64,000 nt of DNA, from assembly GCA_964016885.1 (NCBI GenBank), contig OZ024742.1:214458001-214522000 (forward strand). Reading direction: 5' to 3'. Of the stretch, positions 38,601 to 51,019 are shown in pieces; the first letter of the stretch is position 1, and every line of letters begins with the position of its first letter. Under the pieces are notes generated by a model. That model did not search any database. It had not been told where the DNA came from and saw only the letters and a program-made list of their open reading frames with translations. This DNA is from Eledone cirrhosa (Eukaryota). Both the position numbers and the translations under genes were made by a program.

Positions 38601-39040
38601 ATGGAGGTGCCGTCAGCCGGGCATGTCCGAGATGCGCGCAGGGCGACGAAACCGTCCTGCACGCACTCGTCCAGTGTCCGAAAATTGCTGACTTGTGGGT
38701 TTATGTCGAACACCTGCTGTCGCGTTTAGGACGGATCCAGCTATCATCTGAGTCTATCGTGAGGATTGCCCCGCCCTCCTCCTTTAGCCGGGAAGGGCAG
38801 GCAGTTTTTATCTGTCTGGTGGCCATGGCGAAAGAGATAGTATGGTGGACACGTTTGAAAGGGCTGAAGACGAGCACTTACCTCTTCGGTGATGCTCTGA
38901 TTGACTTTTTCAAATTTCATTTGAAAAGGAAAATCAGAGTAGAAAAGGAAGTGCTCTCTTCCCAGCATTTTGTTGAAAGATGGGTGAGAGAAGCAAGAAT
39001 GGCCCGAGTGAATGGGCCGACTCTGAGTATATATCTGTAA
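35621..39040 (+). CDS. ORF2 APE-RT-CCHC (1139 aa), intact
   Basis: Same motifs as 29567-32986; about 17 aa differences by manual count. Confidence 0.95.
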   Translation: MTSLRIGSINARGLGSSWKQGHLLNDLRSLNIDVVAISETRISEARAFAPIFGGYDVYASPSRPGSGGGVAVLFRRGLDLAIRAIFLDPEGKLVVLDVTSGDGQAFRLVAVYAPTGAGRPDFFRRLETFLGTSRSLVLVGDWNGILDARWDCVGLADRGGGCKSLTNLLRRFELSDRYRLDFPNVPMWTWTNRIGSSRSYLDRVFCREIDRSSIGCPQFKIVSYTDHKFVICVLDLDRLHRRGPGYWKLNASLPARKAYRDRISELVKRALTGAIVNNKWWFALKRAIRIESIRFSKALAIEKNRAEGELVRKLDEALSKGIATDVLAAKLALDQFFNAKHEGCVVRARVRALRHEGTKAVQWARVAEARRGNKATIRSLVDHDGRMLLDPGQMCEAFQRHFAQLFGGSGGPGRGMDFSVYLDGLPRLSATEARCCEKPITAAEVREAMTGCTRGKSPGLDGLPYELYVQMPNLFGGLLADVYCNWQQNGRIPSSVSRGAVALLRKDPNKGDNIDNFRPITLLNTEFKILAKVLAKRLALVVGGLVGEAQTCAIPDRSIHDNLHLMRYIIERVAREPGTGGSLINLDQSKAFDRVDHRYLAAVLRAAGFGPVFRGWIAAMHSDICSVVRVNGHLSEPFNIMRSVRQGCPLSSLLYVLTLEPLLHKLETLRGVPRELGCGRSVSAYADDVTVVVSNAKHIEAIGTTLREYEAVTGAMINQEKSVGLQLGTWRGRSMPSNSVVGRWTDGPVKLLGVWFGPDLQTDKNWDEVTSRVASLTQKWAERKLSLKGRAEVANAYIASVICYRLTVVPCPKPRLTALERLLFRFLWKGRAPMVRRSICCQHPLRGGLGMPWLMMRRHALRLRHLHLFLDGDQVWSPFARRVFPQLVSLTELQSWVKRRPRGSAWRLECLQALTALDQSGNVIGGNSTSAFYRGLVEGKSDDVLGETLGVDENQLANLFGRTFGPGPMDNFQKSLAWQCYRGALPVRDKLYRHGGAVSRACPRCAQGDETVLHALVQCPKIADLWVYVEHLLSRLGRIQLSSESIVRIAPPSSFSREGQAVFICLVAMAKEIVWWTRLKGLKTSTYLFGDALIDFFKFHLKRKIRVEKEVLSSQHFVERWVREARMARVNGPTLSIYL

Positions 39041-39302
39041 ACTAAAGGTGGAAAACTGGGAGAGGGCACTTGCCTTGGTGGTCAGGGTCATTGTGGCTTT
39101 TTACTGGGCTTTCTCCACAAATGTCCCTCCGAAGTCTCCCCCCTATTGGGGAATTTTTCATTGTTATTTTCATTGTTATTTTTGTTACATCCTCTGTTTT
39201 TGTTTTTTTTTACACGCAGAAATGCCCATTTGTACCGTCCTGCATTGTCCTGCACTGTCCTTAATGTCTACTTTATGTAAACCCTTGTGGTTAATAAAGA
39301 AA

Positions 39303-39304
<2 letters not shown>

Positions 39305-39350
<46 letters not shown>
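39305..39350. repeat. (ATT)n shared tail-to-tail by Tx1 copy 2 and Dong family B
   Basis: Direct reading. Confidence 0.95.
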
Positions 39351-39351
<1 letters not shown>

Positions 39352-42300
39352 AGTTGCATTTATCTTGCTTTATGTTCATACGAGTTATCACCAAGTCACA
39401 ACCAGTGACCTCAAGAGACAACAAGGTCCGCCATGTTCAAGAAAGAACATACGTACTCACACATGCATCTTTAGTGTTTAGACTTGTGATGTACTTATAT
39501 TGACAGAATCTTCCTTAGTATATGGGCAGTTCCCATTAGTACTATCTTTTGTATTTCTCCTATACGCGGGTTTCCTGGGATTTGCGATAAGTAATCATTA
39601 GACCACTTAGGTATCATTCCCAGAGCGCCTACAACCACTGGTATTGTTTTAGTTCTCAATTTCCACATTTTTCCAATTTCTATCTCCAGGTCCTTATACT
39701 TGCTCAATTTTTCAAATGTTTTTATAGATACATTCTTGTCTATTGGAACAGACATATCAATTAGCAGGCATACCCTCTTTTTAAAGTCCTTCAATATTAT
39801 ATCAGGTCTATTTGCATCTATTTTTCGGTCTGTTTGGATGCTAAAGTTCCACAAGATTGAGATGTGATCTTTTTCAAGTATGGGAGGTGGTTGATGTTCC
39901 CACCAATTCTTTTGATGGGGCAGGTCAAAATGCTTATACATTATCCAATGTATGTATTGTGCAGCTGTGTCATGCCTGTTTAGGTATTCGGTTGGAGCTA
40001 TAGGACTGCACATTGAAATTATATGGTCAATGGTCTCTGGTTGTTTTTTGCATACACGGCATAATGGGATGCATCCATTTTTTATTATGTTGGCTTGGTA
40101 ATTTTTTTGCTGGCAGACACTGATCTTGTGCTGATATAATCTGTCCTTCAGTCTCCGATTTCAGTCCAGAGGATGCCAACCACTGATGGGTTAAAGTTTT
40201 GTCAACATCAGGATTGTTAGCTCGCTCTGGGTATTTTCCATACAGAGGCTTTTCTTGCCATTTCTTAGCCAGTTTCTGTAGCAGTTCTTTCTTTGCAGTT
40301 ACTTTTACCTGCTTTGCTTTTTCTGTGTTTTCCATTTCAGCAGTAAATGGGACTTCTAAAATGTGTAGTCCATTACTGTATCTTTGTGCATCTTTTGTAA
40401 TGGAATATGATCTTTTGATACTTTCGTGTTTCAAAACGAGTTTGATCATCCAATCATGTGATTCCCTTAGATATGTAGATAATCCAATTGTTGCAGTTTT
40501 CAACGCAATGTCTAACTGGACTAAGCCACGTCCTCCTTCTTTCCTAGGGAGATATATTCTATCTATATCTGCCTTAGGGTGATGCATTCTGTGCATGGTT
40601 AAGAATTTTCGAATTTTTGTATCGAGCCTACGGATCTCTGTGCTTGACCAGTTGATGACATTGTAACTGTAGGTTACTACTGGTATGGCAAGCATGTTTA
40701 TGGCATCGATCCTATTCCTTGCATTCAATTCCGTTCTTAAGATTGCTCTTACTCTGCGGTAACATTCCATCCTTATCCTTTCCCTCATTGTCTAGTGCCC
40801 GATTCCGTCTCCTTCACAAACACCTAGATATTTGTAAGTTTTTTCTTGATCAAGTTCTCTTATCAAGTTCCCCCGATCAAGATTAATGTCTGAACTCTTC
40901 AGCAGCTTTCCTCTGGTGAACGTTGCTTTGGCGCATTTATCTAGTCCAAACTCCATTTTAATGTCATCACTGAACTGCACCACAGTGGATAACAGCCCTT
41001 GCAATTGTTCATCATTTTTTGCAAATAGTTTCAGGTGATCCATGTAGAACAGGTGATTAATGGTTTTGTCATAGACTTTATATCCATATTTTGTTTCATT
41101 GAGCATTTTACTTAATGGTATAAGTGCGATGCAGAATAAAAGCGGTGATAAAGAGTCACTCTGAAAAATTCCACAATTAATATTAACTTCTCCAGCTTCC
41201 AGTGATTTTGTTTCACTATTCAAAAGGAGTGTCGTTTTCCATGTCCTCATACTGAATGACAAATCCTCCTGACAATGGGGGATATTTTGAAAATCTCTAA
41301 ACATTTTTCAATCCAACTGTGTGGCAAACTATCGAATGCTTTTTTATAATCTATCCAAGCGATCGATAGATTTTTGAGTCTATTATGACAATCTTCTAGT
41401 ATCATTTTGTTAACCAGAAGCTGATCCTTACAGCTATATGAGCCTCGTTTACACCCTTTCTACTCAATGGGAAATAGGTCATTTGTTATCAGGTGGTCAT
41501 ATGTGTATTCAGTTAGGACTGATGTTAAAATGTTATACATTGTGGTCAAGCAAGTTATCGGTCTGTAATTTTTGAGATTGTTTGTCTCGTCATTTTTCGG
41601 AAGCAGGAATGTAATGCCGTTAACTAGCCATGATGGTATCTTTTCTGGCTCCTTAACTATTTCATTGTAAAGTTGGTCTAACAGCTCATGAGACTCTGTG
41701 AAGGCATTTATCCAAAAGTTTTGTATTTTGTCTTTTCCTGGGGATTTCCATTTGCTGGTTTTTCTTAGAGCCAAGCGCAACTGTTCAACTGTTATATTTT
41801 CCCATATTTGTTCCTCAAGGTGAGCTGTATCTTTCATTTGTCTGTCTATCCATGGGGCATGTATGTTATGAACTTTTTGTTCGGCCCAGATCTTTTCCCA
41901 GAATTCTTGCACTTCCTCCTTGGGTGGTATTGATTTAGCAGTTATTGTTGACTTAACAATTTTTCTGTAGAAGTTTCTTTGGTTGTTCTTGAACATATTA
42001 TTGTCCTTATAGAATCTAGATCGTTTTTCAAAGCGCCTTATACGAGCAGTTTTGGCCGACACTTTTTGCTTGATTATTTCTATCAGCATGTCTATGTCAC
42101 ATGTTGATTTTATACTGTACTTTTTTTTCAATTTTCTAAGTTTAGTTTGTTTAACATGTTCACCTACTTTATAGTTTGTTAAAATTTCTATGTCAGATCG
42201 GAGAAGGTTTATTTGGCGATTGATGTTCTCTTGCCAAGTAGATTTCTTGTGGGAATTCCTTTGTTTTTTCATCTTCACTCCACATAAGTGAGTGGTGACT

Positions 42301-43310
42301 TTAGCCGATGCATAATAGAGATGATTTAAATCAGTAATGTTTAGTTTGTTTGTGATGATAATGTTTTGAGAATTATGTTAGTCTTGTGTATTATCTTTTG
42401 GTTCTTTTTGGAGTTCTGGATCTTAGGGAAGGTATCTCGTTGCCCCATGTCAGATTCTTTCATTTTCATCCATTCGATCATAATTTCATCCTTCAAGTTG
42501 GCAAGTTCATTCTCATTCATTTCTTTATCATTTACGATCTCATTATTTTCATTTGGAGTTTCATCCTGAGCATGCACTCCCTCCACTTTTTCGATCCTTT
42601 CTTTAATTTGATCTGTTGCCAGTGATTCCGCCCCAACCCTGGGATTCGAAGTGTTACAGTTTACCTCGTTTTCACTGACACATGTTTCATTTTCCCTTCG
42701 CTGACTTTGTGCTAATAGCTTGATCTGATCAATTTCTATATCACTTAGTAACTTTTTTTTTACAATATTTCTTCGTATATTGGCTAGTTTGTTACTGTCA
42801 GTATAGCCTCTGTTTTCGGGATGTTTCTTTTTCCAGTTGATATATGTCTGTTCTGTATTCGATGTATTTGATGGGTAGTACATGGCAGTGTAGAAAGCCT
42901 CAAGGACTTCTTTATTATCTTCCCTTGACCATTTTTCTCTCTTTTTCTTTGGATTTCTTGGTGGTGAGCATGGAGGGCCAACAGTAGGAGTATTCCGGTT
43001 ATGGAAGGTCTCCAGCTCCGAAGTGATGGGAAGGTTTGAACGATTAGCTGATTTTTCGACCCCAGTCTGGTTCCTCTCTGAGGGACGCGGCCCTTTTTCA
43101 CCCGGGTGACGGCCGATCCGGTATGAGATTTTATCATTAGACATTTACTTTATTTTGTCGCGTGTTATCCTTATCCGCCAAGGGGTAATCATTTCGTGTT
43201 AAGAACTTCTAGAACGAGTGTCAACCAAGACTAGAGGGGTCGTTCTCCCCTAGAGACACGGCTATTCCCCGCCGGCCGCCATCCCGGTATTTCTTGGTCA
43301 CGGGGTTTTC
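39351..43310 (-). mobile_element. Near full-length R4/Dong-like family B, inactivated
   Basis: ORF pieces 43144 to 39495 with frameshifts and stops; KWSREDNK N-terminus, WKSPGKD, YRPITCL, YMDH (mutated YMDD), RPDIILKD...IDMSVP. Confidence 0.9.
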
Positions 43311-43574
43311 TTTTTGTTGTTTTTTTAAATTGTTATCATCATGAGTGGTTCCTTAATGTGAGCATTGCGTGGCTTAAGAATGAAATTATTAATAATTGTC
43401 TCCACTCCAGGCACAAGGCCAGCAATCACCCAGTGCATTACAATAATATAATATACTTTTTGCTGAAGTTGCCTGTTATTGTTGTTGGCTATGTCGGTGG
43501 TGGTGCCGGGGCTTTTTATATCGTTGGTGAGGAAGGGGTGAGCCAGCAGTCCCATAGTTGTTGATGTTGACGTT

Positions 43575-44278
43575 TGGCCGGTGGCCAGGTCACTAAGTCA
43601 ATCTATTTATATCTTTTGCTAGCCTCTCCCTTGTCTAGTGATACCGCCACCTTCCCCTTTCTCTCTCAAGTTAACAGGGGAATAGTGGTAGTAGCAATGA
43701 AGGAATGGTGTTGGCGGTGATGGCATAGTGGTAGCAATGATGGATGGAGTGATGGCGGCGGTGGCGTTGTCGTTACTGAGTTTTGTGATATGTAGTATCT
43801 ATGCATTTGTGTTCGTATGTTTAATATATATTGTGTTGACATATTCCCGTAAAATTGGGATTAAACATTTTGTTAAAACTTGAGACAAAAATAATAATTA
43901 TTATTATTATGATGCTGGGATTGATGGTGGTGGTGGTGAAATTGCCGTTATCTGGCTGTTATATTTAGTGTGATGGGATAGGTGGTGTATCAAGTTTCTG
44001 GTGTTGGTGAAATTGCTGTTATTTGGCTGTTCTATATAGTGTAGACAGAGGGTGTTTTCTTCCATTTATAACCATATTCTTTTTTTGAATACAAAATATA
44101 TAATACAAAATATATAATACAAAATTGAATATTTGAGCGATATAACAATATAATATGGATCCGAAATTTTATGGGACTTCATTCGGTGGTTTATGCAATT
44201 GATTTAAATATGTTAAAAATCAAAAACTTACGGGAGCGATTTCATGACCTTCTACCACCTCGTGCGTCTTCTTCCCTT
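43575..44278 (-). repeat. Old diverged repeat, inverted relative to 62629-63242
   Basis: Shared blocks AATCGCTCCCGTAAGTTTTTGATTTTTA and AAAAGATATAAATAGAyTGA. Confidence 0.55.
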
Positions 44279-44489
<211 letters not shown>

Positions 44490-44630
44490 TCGTGTACAGA
44501 TATTTTTGCATCAACAATAACAAAATATGAACAAACGTATTTATTTCACGAGGCTCGATAAGGATAAATATATATCAAATATATAAGAACCCATGAGCAA
44601 ATCCCGAGCAACGTCGGGCCATTCTAATAG

Positions 44631-45102
44631 TCGATATATCTAAAACAGAGAGTGTATGCCTGTCTCTCTGTCCGATCACTAAACTCGATGGTGGATAGGT
44701 GCTACACGAGAATGCTGAGGATGGCTCTGAACATTAATCAGTCTACACTGAGGATGAAAAACTCAGAGCTGTATGGGAGCCTCTCAAAAGTCAGCTCAAA
44801 AGTGACACAGAGGAGACTTAGGTTAGCTGGACATGCTCACCGACATCCACTGTTGACATTGTACTCAGTGCACCTGTGGGAGCCCCTACACGGACACACT
44901 GGAAGAGGAAGACCAAGGTTAACTTATGTTGATGCCCTAAGGACAGACACTTGTCTGTTGGAGACGCAGGACATGGCAGCGATAATGAGGGACAGAGACC
45001 GCTGGGGAGAACTCGTACATGGATCTCGGGAATTTTACCTGCCCTAGAAAAAATATAAGAACCCTAGAGCAAATCCTGAGCAACGCTGGGCCATTCTGCT
45101 AG
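44631..45102 (+). mobile_element. Non-autonomous Helitron-like element containing an RTE fragment
   Basis: 5' TC, 3' hairpin CCTGAGCAACGCTGGG then CTAG|T; preceded by another Helitron-like 3' end at 44551-44630. Confidence 0.55.
44686..45047 (+). pseudogene. RTE-clade RT C-terminal fragment
   Basis: CYTRMLRMALNI...RRLRLAGHAHRH...GRGRPRLTYVD...DRDRW. Confidence 0.8.
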
Positions 45103-45389
45103 TCACGTCTAATATTGGCATAATTAGAATTGCTTCGAAAAAAGTGTCACGCTGCATTTAGTGACGTTAATTTATTTTCTATATATTGATATTTCAAAGA
45201 TCTTTATGAAATTATTTATCAGCTGATATATTCATGAAAAGATTTCTAGTTTTTATACTTCGTCTATTTTGATGCAAGGTCCAGACTGTATTTATTGGGA
45301 AATATAAAAAAAAATTGTTACATCGACTTATTTTATTACCGATTCTCGTCCTTGTTCATATTTGTTGGTAGTTGTATATATTTTGTGTG

Positions 45390-45600
45390 GAAAATACATA
45401 GTTTCCAGTGAAAATATTTTCCTTTTCTCTCATAACGGTTGTCATACTGAATTGGTGTCAATATCGGAAAAATTGAAAGAGCATGGTGATTGTCTATGAT
45501 ATGAGTTTGGTAGTTCCTGGTAAATCCGGCTTTGTTTACTTTTATTCTGTTTTTATGTTGCAAGTAAAATCTTTATCGCCAAGCTTAACATTTCTGTGGC
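45390..45600 (-). pseudogene. Highly decayed R4/Dong-like fragment
   Basis: TRNYQTHII...PILTPIQYDNRYERKGKYFHWKLC resembles family B TKNYQANII...PIAPTEYLNRHDRAAQYIHWIMC. Confidence 0.5.
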
Positions 45601-45812
45601 TAACTTTTATACAAAAGAGTCCTGATGATTTCAGCAGTAAGATTCAATGCTGATCATTTATTCGTCTTTTTATGAAACATGTATTGCAATATAACCCTGT
45701 TAACTCTCATTTTTGTCGTATAAGAGTATTTCTTATGTGATACAATTCAGCATTGCAGAGACTGCATATCATAATATAACGCAGACAGCTGTATCATATA
45801 TATATATATATA

Positions 45813-46042
45813 TTAGAATATGTGTAATAAGGCCAAGACAATGCAGATATGGACATAGAAAAAGAATGCAATAGTGAGAGATATTGGTGAGAATTAGTCT
45901 TTCAAAAGACTAATTCTCACCAATATCTCTCACTATTGCATTCTTTTTCTATGTCCATATCTGCATTGTCTTGGCCTTATTACACATATTCTAACGTTTA
46001 TACCTCATTACACAATGCTTCAAGTGAACTATAACCTCCTCC
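45813..46042 (+). mobile_element. Fold-back PLE-like remnant: perfect 90-bp arms plus tail, in (TA)n
   Basis: Arms 45813-45902 and 45905-45994; no hammerhead retained. Confidence 0.6.
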
Positions 46043-46043
46043 A

Positions 46044-46078
<35 letters not shown>

Positions 46079-46109
46079 TGTATGTACGTATGTGTGTATG
46101 TATTATGCG

Positions 46110-46385
46110 CGGGGACATAGACATAGTGGGGCTGGAGACCCGATCGCTGCGGTTAAACCACTGGGAGTGAAGGATCCCTAGCCTTTGTCAGGACATTCTT
46201 CTAGGAGAAGGCAACTCAGGAAACTGGGATAACACAGATATAAAACCTGCGGCTCAGTATTTACCGATGATGTTTATATTTTCTTCTTTTCGGGTTATAG
46301 CTACTGTCGCTCAGAGAGTTTGATTGGCTCAGTTCACAGTCTGTCGCCACTTTAAAAAATATCTTCACGTACAGGCATTGCACGA
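46110..46385 (+). mobile_element. Diverged copy of the 10540-11045 repeat
   Basis: TAGCCTTTGTCA...TTCTAGGAGAAGG...AC(A)CCTGC...ACAGGCATTGC. Confidence 0.45.
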
Positions 46386-46555
46386 TAGAATTAATTAATT
46401 GTTAGAATTAATTAATAATTATTAATAAAGGTATATCGTGCAATGGCCATACTCGATAACGAGGGCGGCAGCGATCATGTATTTATGTATGCATGTATGT
46501 GTTAACATATTCAAAAGGCATGTTTCACCACACACATATTTAGAGAGAGAGAGAG

Positions 46556-46635
<80 letters not shown>

Positions 46636-48149
46636 GATAATGCATCTCTTAAAAAGCCCAGATAAAATGTGTAATTCTAAATTCTATTTCCTTCTCCTTG
46701 CTGCTATTAATTATATTATTTAGCATATCCTCAGCTGCACGATCTTAAAGTGTTCACTACTTGGAATCAAGAGACATTTTTGAAATATAATCATATTATT
46801 AACAATTTTAGTAGTTATGGTAGTGATGATGACTTAGGAGTATTTGGTGTATATTTGTGGTTGGGGATTTATTGGTGGTTGTAATTTGGCTCGCGAATAT
46901 ATCGTACTGTTCCACTAATTTGAAACAAAGCAAATTGAATCTCCTGACAGATGTCTATTAATTGAATCAATAGCAACATAATACTGCGATCAATGAATCT
47001 TAACAAGTTTGATACAATATTTCTCTCGTTTTCCGCCCGCATCCTTTTCAATGTTTTAATTAATAAACGTGATTCTATTTGCGTTATGATCCCACTGTAT
47101 TATAACTGATGCATGGAGACCATTACTCATAGAGGTGAGGGACCAATCTGTTGGATTAATAGGTATTTATTAATACATTAGTAAACTCTACTTCATTTAA
47201 TGTGTGAGTTATTGAAATTTAAAAGCATAAATTTGATTCATTATCTGAAAGGTTGAAAGACTGTGAGCATACTGTATATAATGTGTGACTCGCTGAACGC
47301 ATGATAAAAGTAGTGTCGGTGATGGTAGTAGTGGTGATGGTAGTGGTGGTGCTGGTGTTAGTGGCAGTGGTGGTGGCGGTGGTGTTAATAGTGGTAGTGG
47401 TTGTGGTGATGGCGATGGTGATGGTGTTGCTGGTAATGATGATGATGATGCTGGCAATTTTAGCTTTCACAGGCCTGTAGAGTACACTGTGCAGGTTTCC
47501 TTGAGAGGAACGAAAGCTATTAAGTGAGTGTGGGAGACCACCCTTTTGCCGATTTAAATAATAATATGTTGTCTGCAAATTTCAGTCGACTGATTTTACA
47601 CCCTGCCGTCTTGATGTCACCGTCAAACTGGTTGTGCATATAAATCTTATTACGGTGTAGGCACACGGTAAACGGGGGAGGCCACGTGCTCTCCCTCTCC
47701 GACATATTTTCCCCCCTAGTTGATGGATGCGAAATCCGAAATATAGGGACTATTAAATCACTTCCGAGGTAACTCTATCTCGTGTTATTATTTTTTACAC
47801 TTTTCCAACGCTCTTTTACGCTTTATACGTCTCTTTCTACACTTCCTCTTACCTCCTGAATCTGTTACCCGGAGATTTACACATCTGCATTGTTGAGGCT
47901 TCCAAAATGACTATATATATATGTATGTATTCATACGCTGTTAATTTTTATATTTTTATAATTCTTTTCGATGTATATATATGCATGCCCTTCCTTACTG
48001 TATATATGTGCGTGTGTTTATTATCGTCAGTGTGTGTGTATGAGTATATATTTGTGGATGATGCGCTTATATATCTATGTAAGTGTGTATATGAATGTAC
48101 ATATACATGCGCACTTGTGGTTTTATGTGTGTGTGTATATATGTATATC

Positions 48150-48248
<99 letters not shown>

Positions 48249-48354
48249 CCAAAATTAATTAAATTAAATTAAATTAAGGGAGTCATGTCAGAGACATGCG
48301 CCATATCCACCGTAGAATAAGCTCAAAGATTCCAATGAATAGATCCGAGCATTT

Positions 48355-48414
48355 TATATCAACGAGAAATTGATTGACATATATATATATGTCAATCAAT
48401 TTCTAGTTGATATA
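48355..48414. repeat. Palindrome with (TA) centre, 24-bp arms, one mismatch
   Basis: TATATCAACGAGAAATTGATTGAC...GTCAATCAATTTCTAGTTGATATA. Confidence 0.8.
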
Positions 48415-48516
48415 TATATATATATATATATTCCGTTATAAGATGTTATTTTAAATGAGCCTCGCTTTCATTTTTAATAGGTATCAATTTTAAAACTTAT
48501 ATCCAAAACACTACTA

Positions 48517-48587
48517 GTTCATCTGATGAACCAGCTGGACGTTTCTGTAAGGAACATCTAGTTTCTTGAAACCTTTGGTAATTGAAT
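48517..48587 (+). ncRNA. Type I hammerhead-like motif
   Basis: gttcat CTGATGA...agctggacgtttc/ggaacatctagtt...GAAA cctttgg TA attgaat. Confidence 0.55.
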
Positions 48588-48991
48588 ACTTATATTGTGT
48601 TATTTATTATGTAATTATATATATCTATATATAATGTTTTGACGTGAAACTTAACAATTTCTGGATACCCGCAGAAGAGCACAGAAATAGGAACTTTCAC
48701 TTAATTGTTGCGAAACAAATTTGAAATTTAAAATTTAAATTTGTCCAGGTATCACGGCTTTTCCCAATATAGATTGTTTTTTAATGATTTATTATTTTAA
48801 ATCGAGACAGGCAAACCGTAATATTTTAATTAGTATTTTTCAATCTTGCTAACTTGGTAATTTGCAATAAGAACACATGTATACTTGTATCAGTGTTTAT
48901 TCCTATCATATATTCATTTGTATTACACGGCTCAGAAATATTCCTTTCTTTGAGCTATTTAATTGTAAAATACTATCTGAGTTTATAACTG

Positions 48992-49183
<192 letters not shown>

Positions 49184-49187
49184 TATA

Positions 49188-50132
49188 CACCCGACGCTTA
49201 TGACAGTTAACATTCCTGGAGTGCTCGGAAAAATAAATTTTCATTTCTTTCGCTAGACGATAATACACGGAACGGCTGGCACGCCGTTGGGCCACGGGCT
49301 GGCTGGGGGGCGCAACGTCGATGCTTATTGACCGCTAGGCATGGGCTTAATCTTTACTCTATATTCTACCCTGAAACTTTATCGTGACTACCTATAATGC
49401 ACTTAAACCTTTTCATAAAAGCCTCTCTCTGTAAATTCTTTAACTAAATCTCACAACTTCAAAACTAAACCTTATTTTTCTAATTTCATCTTAAATGGTA
49501 TCTTCTAACTGTAAGCATAAATAATTTAACGTTTCTAATTGTTAATCGGAATTTCTGTCCATACATTATACCATGCAGACGCCCACTATATATTACTATA
49601 TATATAGATTTGTTAAAGATATGTTCTTTGATATCTTTCACGGCACTTTCTAGCACGTTTGACCAGCTTGATTGTGAGCTGACCTCAACGCTGCCCTCTG
49701 TTTTTGACGGGGTGGTAGTAATACAGTATAAACCTTCGCCCTTTCACCAGATGGACATAAGTAGGCTTAATAATCACCAATTGAGGGCGACCGACCGGGG
49801 TAGAAGCTGCTAAATGTTCGGTGGTCCTCATGTCTCTGATTTTCAGCCTCATGGATTTTATCTATTATATTCCTTTGTTATATTTCAAATACCTGATCAT
49901 GTCACCGGATTCATACTGAACCCGGTCATTGAAATGATCATAGTAAATTAAACCTTTTAAGGAATTACACCAGTCCAGCCTCCTGTTATTTTACAATAAT
50001 TAACTCCGTACTCGCACCATCAACTACAAAAACAAAGAGGGCTGAGTTGCATTACGTTGAGTGCTCTCCATAATATTACATCGAGGTTGACCATACGGAA
50101 TGACCAGTTCTATCCATTGGTTAACCAACAAA
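49188..50132 (+). mobile_element. Structured-RNA PLE-like family copy 3 (hammerhead core mutated to CTGATCA at 49893)
   Basis: Homologous to 25900-26807; (TA)n on both flanks. Confidence 0.7.
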
Positions 50133-50304
50133 TATAAATATATTATATATATATATATATATATATTAGAAAGTGAGGTTTTTTTTTACAAAATGAAAAC
50201 TAACCGAGGTGTCCTACACGAGTGGAAGTATAAAGAAAAAGAGATGAAATCGAAAATGCAACTGAAGTCTTATTTAAAAAAAAAATATATATATTTATTT
50301 GGTT

Positions 50305-50342
50305 CCTTTACCGGTTTCGCAGTTCTTCTGCTTTTCAAAAGG
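50305..50342 (-). ncRNA. U3-A8 minimal hammerhead copy 2
   Basis: Exact reverse complement of 12440-12477. Confidence 0.7.
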
Positions 50343-50408
50343 TGAGTTGAGATGGAGGGTCTGTGGCTTTTCTCACCTCTTCGTTTTCTCATATATATAT
50401 ATATATAT

Positions 50409-50445
<37 letters not shown>

Positions 50446-50479
50446 GAGAGAGAGAGGGAGGGAAAGAGAGAGAGAGAGA

Positions 50480-50545
<66 letters not shown>

Positions 50546-50951
50546 ATCATAAATCAATATTTTATTTTACTGGATGCTAAACATTAAACATGAATGACAT
50601 CACAATGTAATTAATATAAAATCACCTCTTTTACTGTCTTATGGAAATGAACCCCAGAGAACTTTTTGTATTAACATATTCACATTGTTTAGTTGGAAAT
50701 TGTTTAACGGAATTATCACACCAGACAATTAAACTCTTACAGAAGGCGTCTGCAGGCACAGATTATACATTGAGATTCGCAACTGTCAAATTAAAACATA
50801 TTGCAAAAGTTGTCACCAAAATATTGTCGCTTTTGACAAGTATTTTGCTAATAAAATTATATTTAATTCTCGCAAGATAATAAATACATATATGCACACA
50901 CGCACACACACACGCACACACACACACATACACACACACGCATGCACACAC

Positions 50952-51019
<68 letters not shown>

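Larger units (their letters stand above)
33273..39304 (+). mobile_element. Full-length Tx1/L1-clade element copy 2, flanked by (ATT)n on both sides
   Basis: 5' UTR, ORF1, 35-nt spacer, ORF2, 3' UTR with AATAAA. Confidence 0.95.

Noticed and set aside
45615-45685. CTGATGA...GAAA catg TA as a hammerhead
   Set aside because: Stem I cannot form
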